Shown: positions 21,152 through 31,303, numbered from the stretch's first letter. The stretch: 64,000 bases of DNA from Chloroflexota bacterium (GCA_038145565.1 JAYQPX010000001.1:8255-72254), one strand, 5' to 3'. Made by a program: numbers and translations. The notes: generated from the letters alone by a model not told the origin.

Positions 21152-22054
21152 TCACTCTCGCCTCCGCGCTGCCAGGTGCGTGGCGGCGGGACTGATTGAG
21201 CGTGGATCCAGTTCGCGCTTCAGCGTCTCCGCATCTGCAGCGGTGAGGCGCAGAAGATCTGCAAGCGCGCGATGGGTAGCCGCTGCGAGGTCTGGTTGCA
21301 CCGCACGTGCTCCCCCTCCCCTAGCCTTCGCTGGACGTTCGGTGAAGCCAACGCGCACGCCGCCGCGGCCGCCAAGCGATGCGGCGTATTGGAGGCCCCA
21401 GAGAAGCACCTCACGCGCCGCAATCGGATCTCCCGCTGATCCAACGAGTGCAAGGATCAGGCCACGGTCACCTGGAAGGGTCGCCGCTGCACGCCACGCA
21501 TCTGGATCCGCGATCGGGTCGATCAGTAGGCTCTCTGCAGGCAGTGCTTCCCACTCCGCACCGCTGATCGGTGCGAGCGGCGCATCAACGCAGATCAGCA
21601 TGCGGTGCCTCCCCTCGGCCAGTGTGAGTGCGCCGGCGAGGCGCGCAATCTGTGGGGCTCGATCGACCTCTGACAGGTCTAACGCGCTTGTACGGATCGC
21701 GATGATCTCTGCCTCCGTTTGTAACGCTGCGGCTACGGACGCAAGAATCTCAGGCGAGCCAGAGTCTTCGATGATGAGAGCTCCTTGGAGCCCAGCGGCG
21801 CGTGCCGCTGCTAGCTCTTCACCGCTCGTAGCGAAGTATGGGCCACCGAGCGCAGCGACCGCTGCAATGCGACCTTCCTGCGTCGGTGAAAAGTGTGCGG
21901 GCGAGAGGAGGGTTGCAAACACGGCTAGAAGGGGAGGGTGGTACGCAGTAGCGCGAGCGAGTACCAGTTCATGAAGATCATCAGAAGAGCGAACGCCACG
22001 ATCAGGGTGTAGAGCTGTTCGCGGCCAGCGCCGCGACTGATCACTCCAGCCCAA
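21152..22054 (-). CDS. hypothetical protein; true start probably downstream of 22054
   Basis: 300-aa ORF with coding-like composition. The opposite-strand ORF 20976..21974 is Ser/Ala/Arg low-complexity. The 5' 130 nt overlap the rhomboid gene end, so an internal start is likely. Confidence 0.45.
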   Translation of the reverse strand: MGWSDQSRRWPRTALHPDRGVRSSDDLHELVLARATAYHPPLLAVFATLLSPAHFSPTQEGRIAAVAALGGPYFATSGEELAAARAAGLQGALIIEDSGSPEILASVAAALQTEAEIIAIRTSALDLSEVDRAPQIARLAGALTLAEGRHRMLICVDAPLAPISGAEWEALPAESLLIDPIADPDAWRAAATLPGDRGLILALVGSAGDPIAAREVLLWGLQYAASLGGRGGVRVGFTERPAKARGGGARAVQPDLAAATHRALADLLRLTAADAETLKRELDPRSISPAATHLAARRRE

Positions 22055-23118
22055 CGGCTGCGCATGGACTCTGCACGCGTTGGCGGCACGAGTACACCGA
22101 GCAGGAGTCCGAGAGCCAAGCCGCCAAGATGCGCCGCGTTATCGATCCCGCCGCCCGCAACATTTAGCCCAAGGCCGAAGATGAGGTTGATCGCGATCAG
22201 TCCGCCAATCTGTGCGAGAGCGGCGCGCACGCCCCGCTCCACGAGTGGGCGGTGTGCCCATTCCGCGCCAAGCGCGACACCGAAGAGAGCGAACACACCA
22301 CCTGATGCTCCAACCGACGGTACGAACGGCGTCCAGATTGCACTTGCGAGCGATGCGCCGACAACGCCGAGCAGATACCAAAGGAGGAGGCGCTGCGTGC
22401 CGTAGAGGCGCTGCACCAGACGGGCGCCGAGATCCATGGCGAAGAGGTTGAAGAGGAGATGGAGCGGGCTACCGTGCACAAGCGCAACCGTCAGAAGTCG
22501 CCATGGCTCTGCACTCAAGAAATCACCGTTCGCGTTGTCTACCTTGATCAGCGCGAGCGGTTCAAGGAGGCGCGGCAGCGCAAGAGCGGCGGCTGAAATG
22601 GTACCTGTGACTGCAAGCATCACCAGGGGCGTTACGCGATCCGCCACGCCACCGCGGGAGCGGGCAAACGCGAGCCGTGCCCGGACGCCGCTTCCACCTG
22701 TCTCCTTGATCAACCAGCCGATTCTCGAAGCGACTTCGGCGCGCGCACGGTCGTTTGGTGCGTCGCGTTCCGCGCGCTGATACTCGGAGAGAGCATCTTG
22801 CAGTCGACCAGCCGTAACGTGAAGTGCGGCGAGACGTCGACGCGCTACAAAGCGCACCTCCTGTTCTCCGCTCTGGCTGGCCCCTTGCAGGAGTTCGCGA
22901 GCCTCATCATCTCGGCCGAGTCGCACCAGCGCCTCTGCAGCGCCAATGGATGCGCGCCCTGCGAGGTTGAGATCACCGCTTCCAGCCGCACGCCAGAAGC
23001 GCTCAAGCGCAGCCTCAGGGTCACCAGCATCGAGCGCATCGGCGCCCGCATCAATCAGTCGACCGGCATCGTCGTGGCTGATCGGCCCACTTGTGCGCAG
23101 GAGTTCGTTGATGTCCAC
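21925..23118 (-). CDS. rhomboid-family intramembrane serine protease with N-terminal TPR-like domain
   Basis: Rhomboid catalytic motifs GASGGVFALFG (GxSG) and NAAHLGG (His), with polytopic TM helices. N-terminal ~170 aa is a helical repeat region. Confidence 0.85.
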   Translation of the reverse strand: MDINELLRTSGPISHDDAGRLIDAGADALDAGDPEAALERFWRAAGSGDLNLAGRASIGAAEALVRLGRDDEARELLQGASQSGEQEVRFVARRRLAALHVTAGRLQDALSEYQRAERDAPNDRARAEVASRIGWLIKETGGSGVRARLAFARSRGGVADRVTPLVMLAVTGTISAAALALPRLLEPLALIKVDNANGDFLSAEPWRLLTVALVHGSPLHLLFNLFAMDLGARLVQRLYGTQRLLLWYLLGVVGASLASAIWTPFVPSVGASGGVFALFGVALGAEWAHRPLVERGVRAALAQIGGLIAINLIFGLGLNVAGGGIDNAAHLGGLALGLLLGVLVPPTRAESMRSRWAGVISRGAGREQLYTLIVAFALLMIFMNWYSLALLRTTLPF

Positions 23119-23139
23119 CCGCTGAGCGTATGCGATCGG

Positions 23140-23721
23140 CTAGGCCTTCGCCGACCCACCCTCATCCGATGCGAGAAGTCCAGCAAGGTATGCGTCAAAC
23201 TCTGAGCCCTCCTTGCTAGGGCGCGCCACGAAGAGTGGCGGTGCAACCTCGCGCAGTGGCATGGGAGTACCAGGCGCGCCGCTCGCGGCTGGTGCCACCA
23301 CTCCGTTCTCCAGATCGGCGTCGCCGACAACGATCAGATGCGCGCCACCATAGGCGCACTCCTCAGACACCCCCTGGACGAGCGTGACGTTTACGGGATC
23401 AATCAGGAGCACCGCAGAGAAGCTCGTGAGATAGCGGAGGCCGAGTTGTGCGTCGCCACGATCAAGTTCAATCCCGCGCGCTGCAGCGCCAACGGGAGTA
23501 GCAAGCGCGGCGTCACGCAACAGAGCAACGTGCCCAATGCCATCGCGGGCAAGCGACAGGGTGAGCTCCTCCCCAATCCGATCCGCGCCAATTCGACCAA
23601 TCATCTCTACCCGCTCGCCGCCACGGACGAGCGCGCGGGCAACGCGCACCCCGAGACCACCTGCTTGAAAAGTCCCGTCAGCGGTAACCTCCCCAATCAG
23701 ACTGCCGATGATGGCGATCAC
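23140..23721 (-). CDS. PfkB/ribokinase-like protein, truncated or degenerate (no recognisable ATP-binding C-terminal motifs)
   Basis: 193 aa. N-terminus IAIIGSLIGEV...GGLGVRVARALVRGG...MIGRIGADRIGEEL follows the PfkB N-terminal pattern. The DTxGAGD block is absent. Confidence 0.45.
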   Translation of the reverse strand: MIAIIGSLIGEVTADGTFQAGGLGVRVARALVRGGERVEMIGRIGADRIGEELTLSLARDGIGHVALLRDAALATPVGAAARGIELDRGDAQLGLRYLTSFSAVLLIDPVNVTLVQGVSEECAYGGAHLIVVGDADLENGVVAPAASGAPGTPMPLREVAPPLFVARPSKEGSEFDAYLAGLLASDEGGSAKA

Positions 23722-25101
23722 CTAGGACTCCCCCTTCACCGGCTCACTGCGCACCTCGACCGCAAATCCTGCATCGCGCAGCGGTGCTTCAATGGCGGCG
23801 GCGTCGCCAACAACCACGATGCGCTCTCGCTCCGCTGACAGCTCTTCTGCCACCTGCGCCACCGCAGCAGCCGGAACCGATTCAACAGAGGACTGGAACT
23901 TATCCAGCTCATCGACGGCAAGGTCGTTCGCCACAAGGGCGGTAACGGCCCCAGCCACAGCGGAGGGAGTGCCGAATCGAAGTGGGAACGTCCCGCGAAG
24001 ATACTGCCGTGCGGCGGTGAGCTCCTCTTCCGTCGCTGGATCTGTGGCGAGTGATCCGAGCTGTGTGCGCGCCTCGACGAGCGCGGCGGCGGTCACCGAA
24101 CTCTCCACTGCGGTGCGTGCAGTAAATGGTCCACGACCGCGTCGGAATTCGAATCCTGCCGCGGCACCGTAGGTGTACCCCTTCTCCTCGCGAAGCACGC
24201 GATTGAGTCGTGAACCAAAGAGCCCACCGAGAACCTCAGAGTGGACGAGTGCCGCGTGGAAGAGTGGATCGAGGCGGGAGCGGCCGATTCGACCGATGCG
24301 CAGTTCCGACTGAACCGAGCCGGGTCGATCGAGGAGCAGCAGGTGCGGCGCCCCACTGCGCTCACTGCTGATCGGCGACGACGTATCGGCCGGCGCATGT
24401 GCGTTGTCGCCTGCAGAGGTCAACGCTGCAAGCGGACTCTCTTGTACGGCGCGGATTGCTGCAGCGGGATCGAGCTCTCCGGCGATCACAATGGTTGGCC
24501 GACCGGCTGAGAGGAGTTGCTGATGCCACGCGAGCAGCGCAGTCCGACCAATGGCGGAGACGCTCTCCCGGGTGCCACCCGCCGGTCGCGAGTACGCCGC
24601 CCCTTCGTCATAAATGGCGGCGACCAGTGCTTCGCTTGCTCGCGCGCGTGGGCTCGCCTGCACCTGATCAATGGCGGCGAGACGCAGTGCCTTCACGCGT
24701 TCAATCTCGCGCTCCGGGAGCCGCGGGCCGAGTGCGATCTCCGCAATCAACGGCAGGATTCCCGCAAGTCGTCCCGCAGGGAGTGTGGCGCCGATCACGA
24801 GGCTCTCCCACCCCGCTTCGGCCCCAATCTTTGCACCGAGAAGTTCGCTCGCCTCCACCAGTCCATCAGCATCATGGTGGTCTCCCCCTTCCGGCAGCAG
24901 ACGCGCGAGTGCGGTGGTGATGCCCGACCGTTCACGTGGCTCCGCTGATGCACCGGTCGGGAGTACCAGCTGCACGGATGCGAGCGGTCGCGCTGGCATT
25001 GGGAGCACGATGATGCGCACGCCGTTCGCTGTCTCACCCTCGATCGCGCGCGGGAATCGATATGCGCGGCCGCTGCCGGGTCCAGGACGCGCCGAGCTCA
25101 T
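23722..25101 (-). CDS. M16-family peptidase, non-catalytic partner subunit (no HxxEH)
   Basis: 459 aa with the pitrilysin fold pattern but no HxxEH zinc motif. Overlaps the upstream active M16 gene by 4 nt. Confidence 0.8.
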   Translation of the reverse strand: MSSARPGPGSGRAYRFPRAIEGETANGVRIIVLPMPARPLASVQLVLPTGASAEPRERSGITTALARLLPEGGDHHDADGLVEASELLGAKIGAEAGWESLVIGATLPAGRLAGILPLIAEIALGPRLPEREIERVKALRLAAIDQVQASPRARASEALVAAIYDEGAAYSRPAGGTRESVSAIGRTALLAWHQQLLSAGRPTIVIAGELDPAAAIRAVQESPLAALTSAGDNAHAPADTSSPISSERSGAPHLLLLDRPGSVQSELRIGRIGRSRLDPLFHAALVHSEVLGGLFGSRLNRVLREEKGYTYGAAAGFEFRRGRGPFTARTAVESSVTAAALVEARTQLGSLATDPATEEELTAARQYLRGTFPLRFGTPSAVAGAVTALVANDLAVDELDKFQSSVESVPAAAVAQVAEELSAERERIVVVGDAAAIEAPLRDAGFAVEVRSEPVKGES

Positions 25102-26378
25102 GATGCCTCGACCGGCTCGTACCAGAGGATCACCCGATCGTCAGCAAGATACTGCTGCGCGACTCGCTGCACAGCAGCGGCGTCTACGCATTGGTAGATC
25201 GCTAGGTCACGATTGATGCGCTCAGGGTCGCTGAGGAGGGTTGCGTACATTCCAATTTGATCGGCGATCGTCTCGGGATCTGAGCGAAGCGCCAGCTCCT
25301 CTGATTCGATCAGCGCGCGCGCGCGCTCCATCTCAACTGCCGCGGGACCACGCTCTCCAAGACCGCGTAACTCTTCCAGGAAGAGCGTCTCCAGCCTGGT
25401 TGCATCGGCTCCAGGTCGCAGGGTGGCAGAGCCAACAACCAGCGACGCCCCGCCAACGAACGGCAAGACCGAAAGCCCCACATCTTGCGCCACCTGTTCT
25501 TGGCGTACGAGTCGCCTCGTTAGCCGACTCCCCCGACCACCAGCGAGGATCTGACAGGCGCTCTCAAGCGCGGGGAGGTCTGGGCTCGAAAGGATCGGCG
25601 CACGATAGGCGAGATGGATGCGCGGATCGGGAACCTTGTCTTTCACACTCTTGCGTATCTCACCACCCAGTGGAGTGGAAATCGTAAGGTCTGGGTGGGA
25701 AGGGAGCGCTGGATTCGCGGCAATTCCCCCAAAGTGCCGCTCAACCGCTGCAACAATCTCCGGCTCATCGATGTCGCCAACGACTGTAAGTACCGCGTTA
25801 TTCGGCGCATACCAGGTGGCGAAGAAGTTGCGCACATCTTCAAGGCTCGCTGCGTCCAAATCCTCCATGGATCCGATCGTTGGGTGGTGATACGGATGGC
25901 CCTTCGGGTATGCGAGGGCCAGGAGTTCTAGGTAAGCGGTTCCGTAGGGCTGGTTGTCGTAGCTGGAACGCTTCTCGTTCTTCACCACATCGCGCTGGTT
26001 ATCAAGGTTCGCCTGATCGAGAGCCTCAAGCAGCGTTCCGAGTCGGTCCGCCTCCATCCAAAGGATCAGCTCCACCCACTCTGCTGGAACGGTGGCGAAG
26101 TAGTTGGTCCGATCGAGCCACGTGGTGGCATTGGCACTCCCGCCAACCGACTCAATCAGCGAAAGATGTTCGGCCTTCGAAACGTTCGCGGAACCTTGGA
26201 ACATCAAGTGCTCAAAGAGGTGCGCAAATCCGGTCCGACCTACCCGTTCATCTTTGGAGCCAACGTGATACCAGATGTTGACGGTAGCGGTTGGGGTTGT
26301 GCGATCAACGACGGTGATCAGGCGCAGGCCGTTCGCAAGCCTCCGCTCTTTCAGCGGGATGGGATGCGGTGCTGACAT
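25098..26378 (-). CDS. M16-family zinc metallopeptidase (active, HxxEH)
   Basis: N-terminal GSKDERVGRTGFAHLFEHLMFQGS contains the inverted zinc-binding motif HLFEH. 426 aa. Confidence 0.88.
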   Translation of the reverse strand: MSAPHPIPLKERRLANGLRLITVVDRTTPTATVNIWYHVGSKDERVGRTGFAHLFEHLMFQGSANVSKAEHLSLIESVGGSANATTWLDRTNYFATVPAEWVELILWMEADRLGTLLEALDQANLDNQRDVVKNEKRSSYDNQPYGTAYLELLALAYPKGHPYHHPTIGSMEDLDAASLEDVRNFFATWYAPNNAVLTVVGDIDEPEIVAAVERHFGGIAANPALPSHPDLTISTPLGGEIRKSVKDKVPDPRIHLAYRAPILSSPDLPALESACQILAGGRGSRLTRRLVRQEQVAQDVGLSVLPFVGGASLVVGSATLRPGADATRLETLFLEELRGLGERGPAAVEMERARALIESEELALRSDPETIADQIGMYATLLSDPERINRDLAIYQCVDAAAVQRVAQQYLADDRVILWYEPVEAS

Positions 26379-26392
26379 GCGCGTCGCCGCGG

Positions 26393-26803
26393 CTAGTTCA
26401 ACGGAAGCAGCGAGAAGAGGAGTGCGCCGACGAGCCCAACAGCCAACCCCTGCACTGCGATCACGAGCGCAGTTCGACGATCGGCGGCGGGCGCGGCGCT
26501 GTTTGTCACTCGACTCATCTCACCAATCTTTCCGAGATTGAAGGTCCCTGCAAGTCCGTATGCCATGCAGAAGCGGCGCTGCGCCTGGATCCAACCGATC
26601 GCGGCACCCGTCAGTGGGAGTGCGATCAGTAGTCGCGGGCCGAGGCCACTCGGGGTGCCGAGCGCAACGAGTGCGACCGCGAGCAGTACCGTGGCAACGA
26701 TACCTGCGGCTGCCGCGCGCTTCCGACGCGTGATCTCCTCAGGTCCAATGTTGCAGGCCCCAGCGACGTACTCAAGTTGCATGCCGCTATCGTAGCCGTT
26801 CAC
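26393..26803 (-). CDS. hypothetical small membrane protein
   Basis: 136 aa with three predicted TM helices. N-terminus contains YVAGACNIGPEE. Its start overlaps the carB stop. Confidence 0.5.
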   Translation of the reverse strand: MNGYDSGMQLEYVAGACNIGPEEITRRKRAAAAGIVATVLLAVALVALGTPSGLGPRLLIALPLTGAAIGWIQAQRRFCMAYGLAGTFNLGKIGEMSRVTNSAAPAADRRTALVIAVQGLAVGLVGALLFSLLPLN

Positions 26804-29800
26804 GCAACCCCCCGTTGCCGAGCGGGGCGATCGCCACGCTGTCGAGCGCGTTGCGAACGGCGAGCGATTCTGCAGCCGCCACAGCAGTCTCCATCGTGGT
26901 GAGACAGATGACGCCCTCTTCGACCGCGGTGAGACGAATCTCTAGCGCGTCACGCAAGACACCGCTCTCAGGGGAGGGCGTATTCACCACCGCGGCGATG
27001 GAGCCCGATCGAATCAGTTCGGCGATCTCGGGCGCGCCGTCGCGTCCACCAGCGCCGATCGGATTCGCCGCAGCCGAATGAATGCCTAGCGCTGCCAGTG
27101 CTTCACGCGTCCCTGGGGTTGCGGCGATCGAATAGCCAGCTTCAATGAGCGGCTGCGCGAGCTGCGACAATTGCCCTTTGTCTCGGTTCGCGATGCTGAG
27201 CAGGATCGTCCGTTGCGCGTCACGCGGCGGAGGCGGGAGGAGGTTCGCGGCGATCAGCGCCTTCCCGATCGCGTCACGTGCGTTCACACCAATCCCAATC
27301 ACCTCGCCAGTGCTCTGCATGAATGGTCCGAGCGTTGGATCAACCCCACGCAACTTTGCCGTGCTGAAGGCGGGAGCCTTCACCGCAACCCCAGTCGGTG
27401 CGGTGGCCACCCCTGAGCGGTACCCAGCGCTTTCCAACGTGTCGCCAAGCGCAATATCCACTGCGAGCGGCACCATTGGGATCCCCGTCACCTTGCTCAT
27501 GAAGGGGACGGTCCGACTCGCACGAGGGTTTACCTCGATCAGGTAGATCCCCTCCTCGCGCACGATGAACTGCGCATTCACCAAGCCGCGAACGCCGATC
27601 TCGCGCACCAGCCGCATGAAGATCTCCGCGACCTCCGCCTGGCGCGACGCAGAGATTCGCTGCGGCGGATAGACGGCGATCGAATCACCCGAGTGCACAC
27701 CGGCGAGCTCCACGTGTTCTAGGAGTCCTGGAATCAACACGGTCTCGCCGTCGGTCACGGCATCAATGTCAATCTCAATTCCTTCTAGGAAGCGATCAAC
27801 GCGCAACGGACGCGTCGCGGCGATCTCACCGATCCGTTCGAGCTGGCGAGTCAGGTCATTTGGCGTATACGCGAAGTCTATGGCGAGTCCGCCGATCACA
27901 TACGACGGACGCACAATGACCGGATAACCGATCTTCTCGGCGAGCGCGAGTGCATCGGCGCGACTGCGAGCGAGGCCACCCTGCGGCTGCAGGATGCCGA
28001 GACGATCAAGGAGCGCGGCGAAGCGGACACGATCCTCAGTTTCGTCAATCGCCTCAAGTGATGCGCCGAGGAGCGGGACACCTGCGGCGGCGAGTGGTGC
28101 GGCAAGGTTGAGCGGCGTCTGACCGCCGAACTGCACAAATGCGGGGAGTGTCGCTACCCCCTCTGGTGACTCCGCGCGAATGATCTCCATGATCGATTCC
28201 GCATCGAGCGGCTCAAAGTAGAGGCGTGTGGAAGCGTCGAAGTCGGTGGAGACCGTCTCCGGATTGCTGTTCACCATCACCGCCGACCAGCCGCGCTCCT
28301 GCAGCCGCTCTGCGGCGCGTACCGCACAGTAGTCAAACTCAATCCCCTGCCCGATGCGCACAGGACCTGAGCCGATCACCAGTGCCGCCGGTCGCGTTAC
28401 GGGCTGCGCCTCAGCGGGCGAGCCGGACGCAGCGAAGGTGCTGTAGAAGTACGGCGTCACTGCTGCGAACTCCGCAGCACACGTATCCACCATTGCATAT
28501 CCAGGAGTGAGGCCGAGCTGCGCGCGCCGCGTGGTAACGCGCGCCTCCTCCAGCCCTGAGATGCGGGCGAGATCCTCGTCACCGATAGCAGAACGCTTCG
28601 CCGTGGCAAGCAACGAGATGGAGGCGGGATCCGGCCCGATCAGCGTGCGACCCGCCTCGCGCACGCGGTGCTCAATGGAGATGAGTCGCGCGAATTCCGC
28701 AAGGAACCATCGGGTGATCCCAGTCGCTGCGTGAATCTCGTCTTCACTGACCCCGCGTCGCATCGCAGCGAGAAGACGCCAGAGTCGAGAGTCAGATGGT
28801 CGCAAGAACTCTTTCAGTCCAGCGCCGCCACGCGCGGCGATCGCGGCGAGTTCGCCGTCCCATGACGCCTCCTCTGCGGTTGGCCCACTCCCCTTCTGCT
28901 CCATTGAGCGGAGCGCCTTGTTGAGCGCAGCGCCGAACGTACGGTCGATCGCCATCACTTCGCCCGTCGCCTTCATCTGACTCCCGAGGAGGCGATCCGC
29001 ACCGGGGAACTTGTCAAACGGGAAGCGCGGCAATTTCACCACGATGTAATCGAGCGCGGGCTCGAATGCCGCAACCGTGGTCCCCGTCACTGCGTTCGGG
29101 ATCTCGCGCAGGGTGCGACCGATCGCAATCTGCGCCGCCACGCGTGCAATCGGATATCCGGTTGCCTTGCTCGCCAACGCCGAGCTGCGACTGACGCGCG
29201 GATTCACCTCAATCACCACGTAATCGCGGTAATCGGGAGATAGTGCCAACTGGACGTTGCAGCCACCCTCCACGCCGAGGGCCCGAATGATGTCGAGCGA
29301 GGCGCTGCGCAGCCGCTGGTGCACCGGATCTGGAAGCGTCTGCACCGGCGCGACGACGATGCTGTCGCCTGTGTGCACACCGAGCGGGTCAACATTCTCC
29401 ATGGAGCAGACTGCGATGCAGGTCCCCTCCGCGTCACGCATCACCTCGTATTCGATCTCCTGCCAGCCAACCAGGCAGCGTTCGACCATCACCTGCCCGA
29501 TGGGGCTCGCACGCAGGCCGCTGCGGACGCGCTCCCAGTACTCCTCTTCCGTCACCACGATCCCGCCACCCGTCCCACCGAGCGTGAAGGCTGGCCGCAC
29601 GATCGCGGGGAGTCCGATCTGCGCGAGTGCCGCCGTCGCCGTTGCATCCCGCGCCGCTGGCGTCTCCCCTTCGACGATCGCGCTCGGTGCCGTTGGCTGT
29701 CCGATTCGATCGCACATTGCCCGGAAGAGCTCGCGATCCTCTGCCGTTTTGATCGCCGTGAGCGGCGTACCGAGGAGGCGAATCGGTTGTCGCTCAAACA

Positions 29801-30125
29801 CGCCAGCATCTGAGAGCGCGACGGCAAGGTTGAGTGCGGTCTGTCCGCCAAGCCCCGCGAGCAGTCCCTCTGGCTTTTCAAACGCGATGATGCGTTCGAT
29901 CACCTCCACCGTCAGCGGCTCAAGGTAGACTGCGTCTGCAACGGATGGATCGGTCATGATCGTTGCAGGATTTGAGTTGACTAAGATGGTGCGAATCCCC
30001 TCCGCGCGAAGTGCGCGGCACGCCTGTGTCCCTGCGTAGTCGAATTCCGCCGCCTGGCCAATCACCACCGGACCCGATCCAATGATCAGAACGCTCTTCG
30101 GCTTCGGGGATCGCTGGCCGCTCAT
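26787..30125 (-). CDS. carB: carbamoyl-phosphate synthase large subunit
   Basis: 1112 aa with two ATP-grasp halves, an oligomerisation domain and a C-terminal MGS-like domain. Confidence 0.95.
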   Translation of the reverse strand: MSGQRSPKPKSVLIIGSGPVVIGQAAEFDYAGTQACRALRAEGIRTILVNSNPATIMTDPSVADAVYLEPLTVEVIERIIAFEKPEGLLAGLGGQTALNLAVALSDAGVFERQPIRLLGTPLTAIKTAEDRELFRAMCDRIGQPTAPSAIVEGETPAARDATATAALAQIGLPAIVRPAFTLGGTGGGIVVTEEEYWERVRSGLRASPIGQVMVERCLVGWQEIEYEVMRDAEGTCIAVCSMENVDPLGVHTGDSIVVAPVQTLPDPVHQRLRSASLDIIRALGVEGGCNVQLALSPDYRDYVVIEVNPRVSRSSALASKATGYPIARVAAQIAIGRTLREIPNAVTGTTVAAFEPALDYIVVKLPRFPFDKFPGADRLLGSQMKATGEVMAIDRTFGAALNKALRSMEQKGSGPTAEEASWDGELAAIAARGGAGLKEFLRPSDSRLWRLLAAMRRGVSEDEIHAATGITRWFLAEFARLISIEHRVREAGRTLIGPDPASISLLATAKRSAIGDEDLARISGLEEARVTTRRAQLGLTPGYAMVDTCAAEFAAVTPYFYSTFAASGSPAEAQPVTRPAALVIGSGPVRIGQGIEFDYCAVRAAERLQERGWSAVMVNSNPETVSTDFDASTRLYFEPLDAESIMEIIRAESPEGVATLPAFVQFGGQTPLNLAAPLAAAGVPLLGASLEAIDETEDRVRFAALLDRLGILQPQGGLARSRADALALAEKIGYPVIVRPSYVIGGLAIDFAYTPNDLTRQLERIGEIAATRPLRVDRFLEGIEIDIDAVTDGETVLIPGLLEHVELAGVHSGDSIAVYPPQRISASRQAEVAEIFMRLVREIGVRGLVNAQFIVREEGIYLIEVNPRASRTVPFMSKVTGIPMVPLAVDIALGDTLESAGYRSGVATAPTGVAVKAPAFSTAKLRGVDPTLGPFMQSTGEVIGIGVNARDAIGKALIAANLLPPPPRDAQRTILLSIANRDKGQLSQLAQPLIEAGYSIAATPGTREALAALGIHSAAANPIGAGGRDGAPEIAELIRSGSIAAVVNTPSPESGVLRDALEIRLTAVEEGVICLTTMETAVAAAESLAVRNALDSVAIAPLGNGGLRERLR

Positions 30126-31303
30126 CGTCTCGCCTCGATGGCTCGCGCGAATCGATCAAAGACTGGCGTCGCATCCAGCGGCCCTGGTGAACCCTCTGGG
30201 TGATACTGCACCGTCTCAATGGGGAGGCTTCTGTGTCGCAGCCCTTCAACAGAGTTGTCGTTCAGGTTGATCTGGCTCACCTCAAATTCTGACGCTGCAG
30301 GGAGTGTCTCACCGACAACCTCCACCTCGTGGTTCTGCGCAGTGACGTAGACGCTTCCGCTCGGCAGATCGCGCACCGGATGATTCGCGCCGTGGTGTCC
30401 TACGGCGAGACGTCGAGTTGTCGCTCCCGCGGCACGACCGATGATCTGATGCCCGAGACAGATGCCGAGGAGTGGTTCGCCGTTTGCGATCAGTGCGCGC
30501 GCAAGCGCAACGGGTCCCTCAAGTCGCGCCGGGTCACCCGGTCCTGGGGAGAGGACCACCCCGCGCGGCGCACCAGCGAGCACCTCGTCAACGGTGGCGG
30601 TGTGAGGATGGATTCGCACACGAAAGCCCCGCGCACGGAGTGCGCGCACAATGTTTGCCTTCAACCCAAAGTCAATCACTGCCACGAGCGGCTCGTTCAC
30701 CTCTCCATGCGTCTGAACGCTGCCGGGCGACACCTGGCCGACAAAGTCCTGGTCCTCCCAACGCGGCAGCGTGCGCGTAGCGGCGATGGCCGCATCTGCA
30801 TTTGCCTCCCACGGTGCGGAGATCCGCGCTCGCTGCGCCCCTGTCTCGCGCAAGCGTCGTGCAAGGCTACGCGTCTCAACACCCGCGATCGCTGGAACGC
30901 CATGCTGGCGTAGTAGTGATGCCAACTGTGCCGCGTCTTCCGTAATCGCTGCGGTCGCGTTGGCAACGATGAGGCCGCGCAGCCAGGGTCGCGACGATTG
31001 ATCGTCCGCGATCAAACGACCGTAGTTTCCAATCAAGGGGTACGTCATCAGCACGACCTGCCCCGCATAGCTCGGGTCAGTGCAGATCTCTTGGTAGCCT
31101 GTCTGACTCGTGTTGACCACAAGGTCGCCACCAGAGGCGATCGGCGCACCCCAGGCAACTCCTGGGAAGACGCTCCCATCTTCAAGGGTGAGAAGTGCTG
31201 GTCCGTGATCGCCAATGCGCGCGTCAACAACAGATGCAGACTCTGGAAGTGGGATGAGGGAGCGACGATACGGTGCCAGTGTTCGACGTGGCGCGTCACT
31301 CAT
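30122..31303 (-). CDS. carA: carbamoyl-phosphate synthase small subunit (glutamine amidotransferase)
   Basis: 393 aa. GATase class I catalytic motif GICLGHQ and the CPSase small-chain N-domain. 4-nt overlap with carB. Confidence 0.95.
   Translation of the reverse strand: MSDAPRRTLAPYRRSLIPLPESASVVDARIGDHGPALLTLEDGSVFPGVAWGAPIASGGDLVVNTSQTGYQEICTDPSYAGQVVLMTYPLIGNYGRLIADDQSSRPWLRGLIVANATAAITEDAAQLASLLRQHGVPAIAGVETRSLARRLRETGAQRARISAPWEANADAAIAATRTLPRWEDQDFVGQVSPGSVQTHGEVNEPLVAVIDFGLKANIVRALRARGFRVRIHPHTATVDEVLAGAPRGVVLSPGPGDPARLEGPVALARALIANGEPLLGICLGHQIIGRAAGATTRRLAVGHHGANHPVRDLPSGSVYVTAQNHEVEVVGETLPAASEFEVSQINLNDNSVEGLRHRSLPIETVQYHPEGSPGPLDATPVFDRFARAIEARR

Noticed and set aside
20976-21974. 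332-aa plus-strand ORF, Ser/Ala/Arg-rich
   Set aside because: Low-complexity composition typical of the antisense frame of a high-GC gene. The opposite strand (21152..22054) has coding-like composition.
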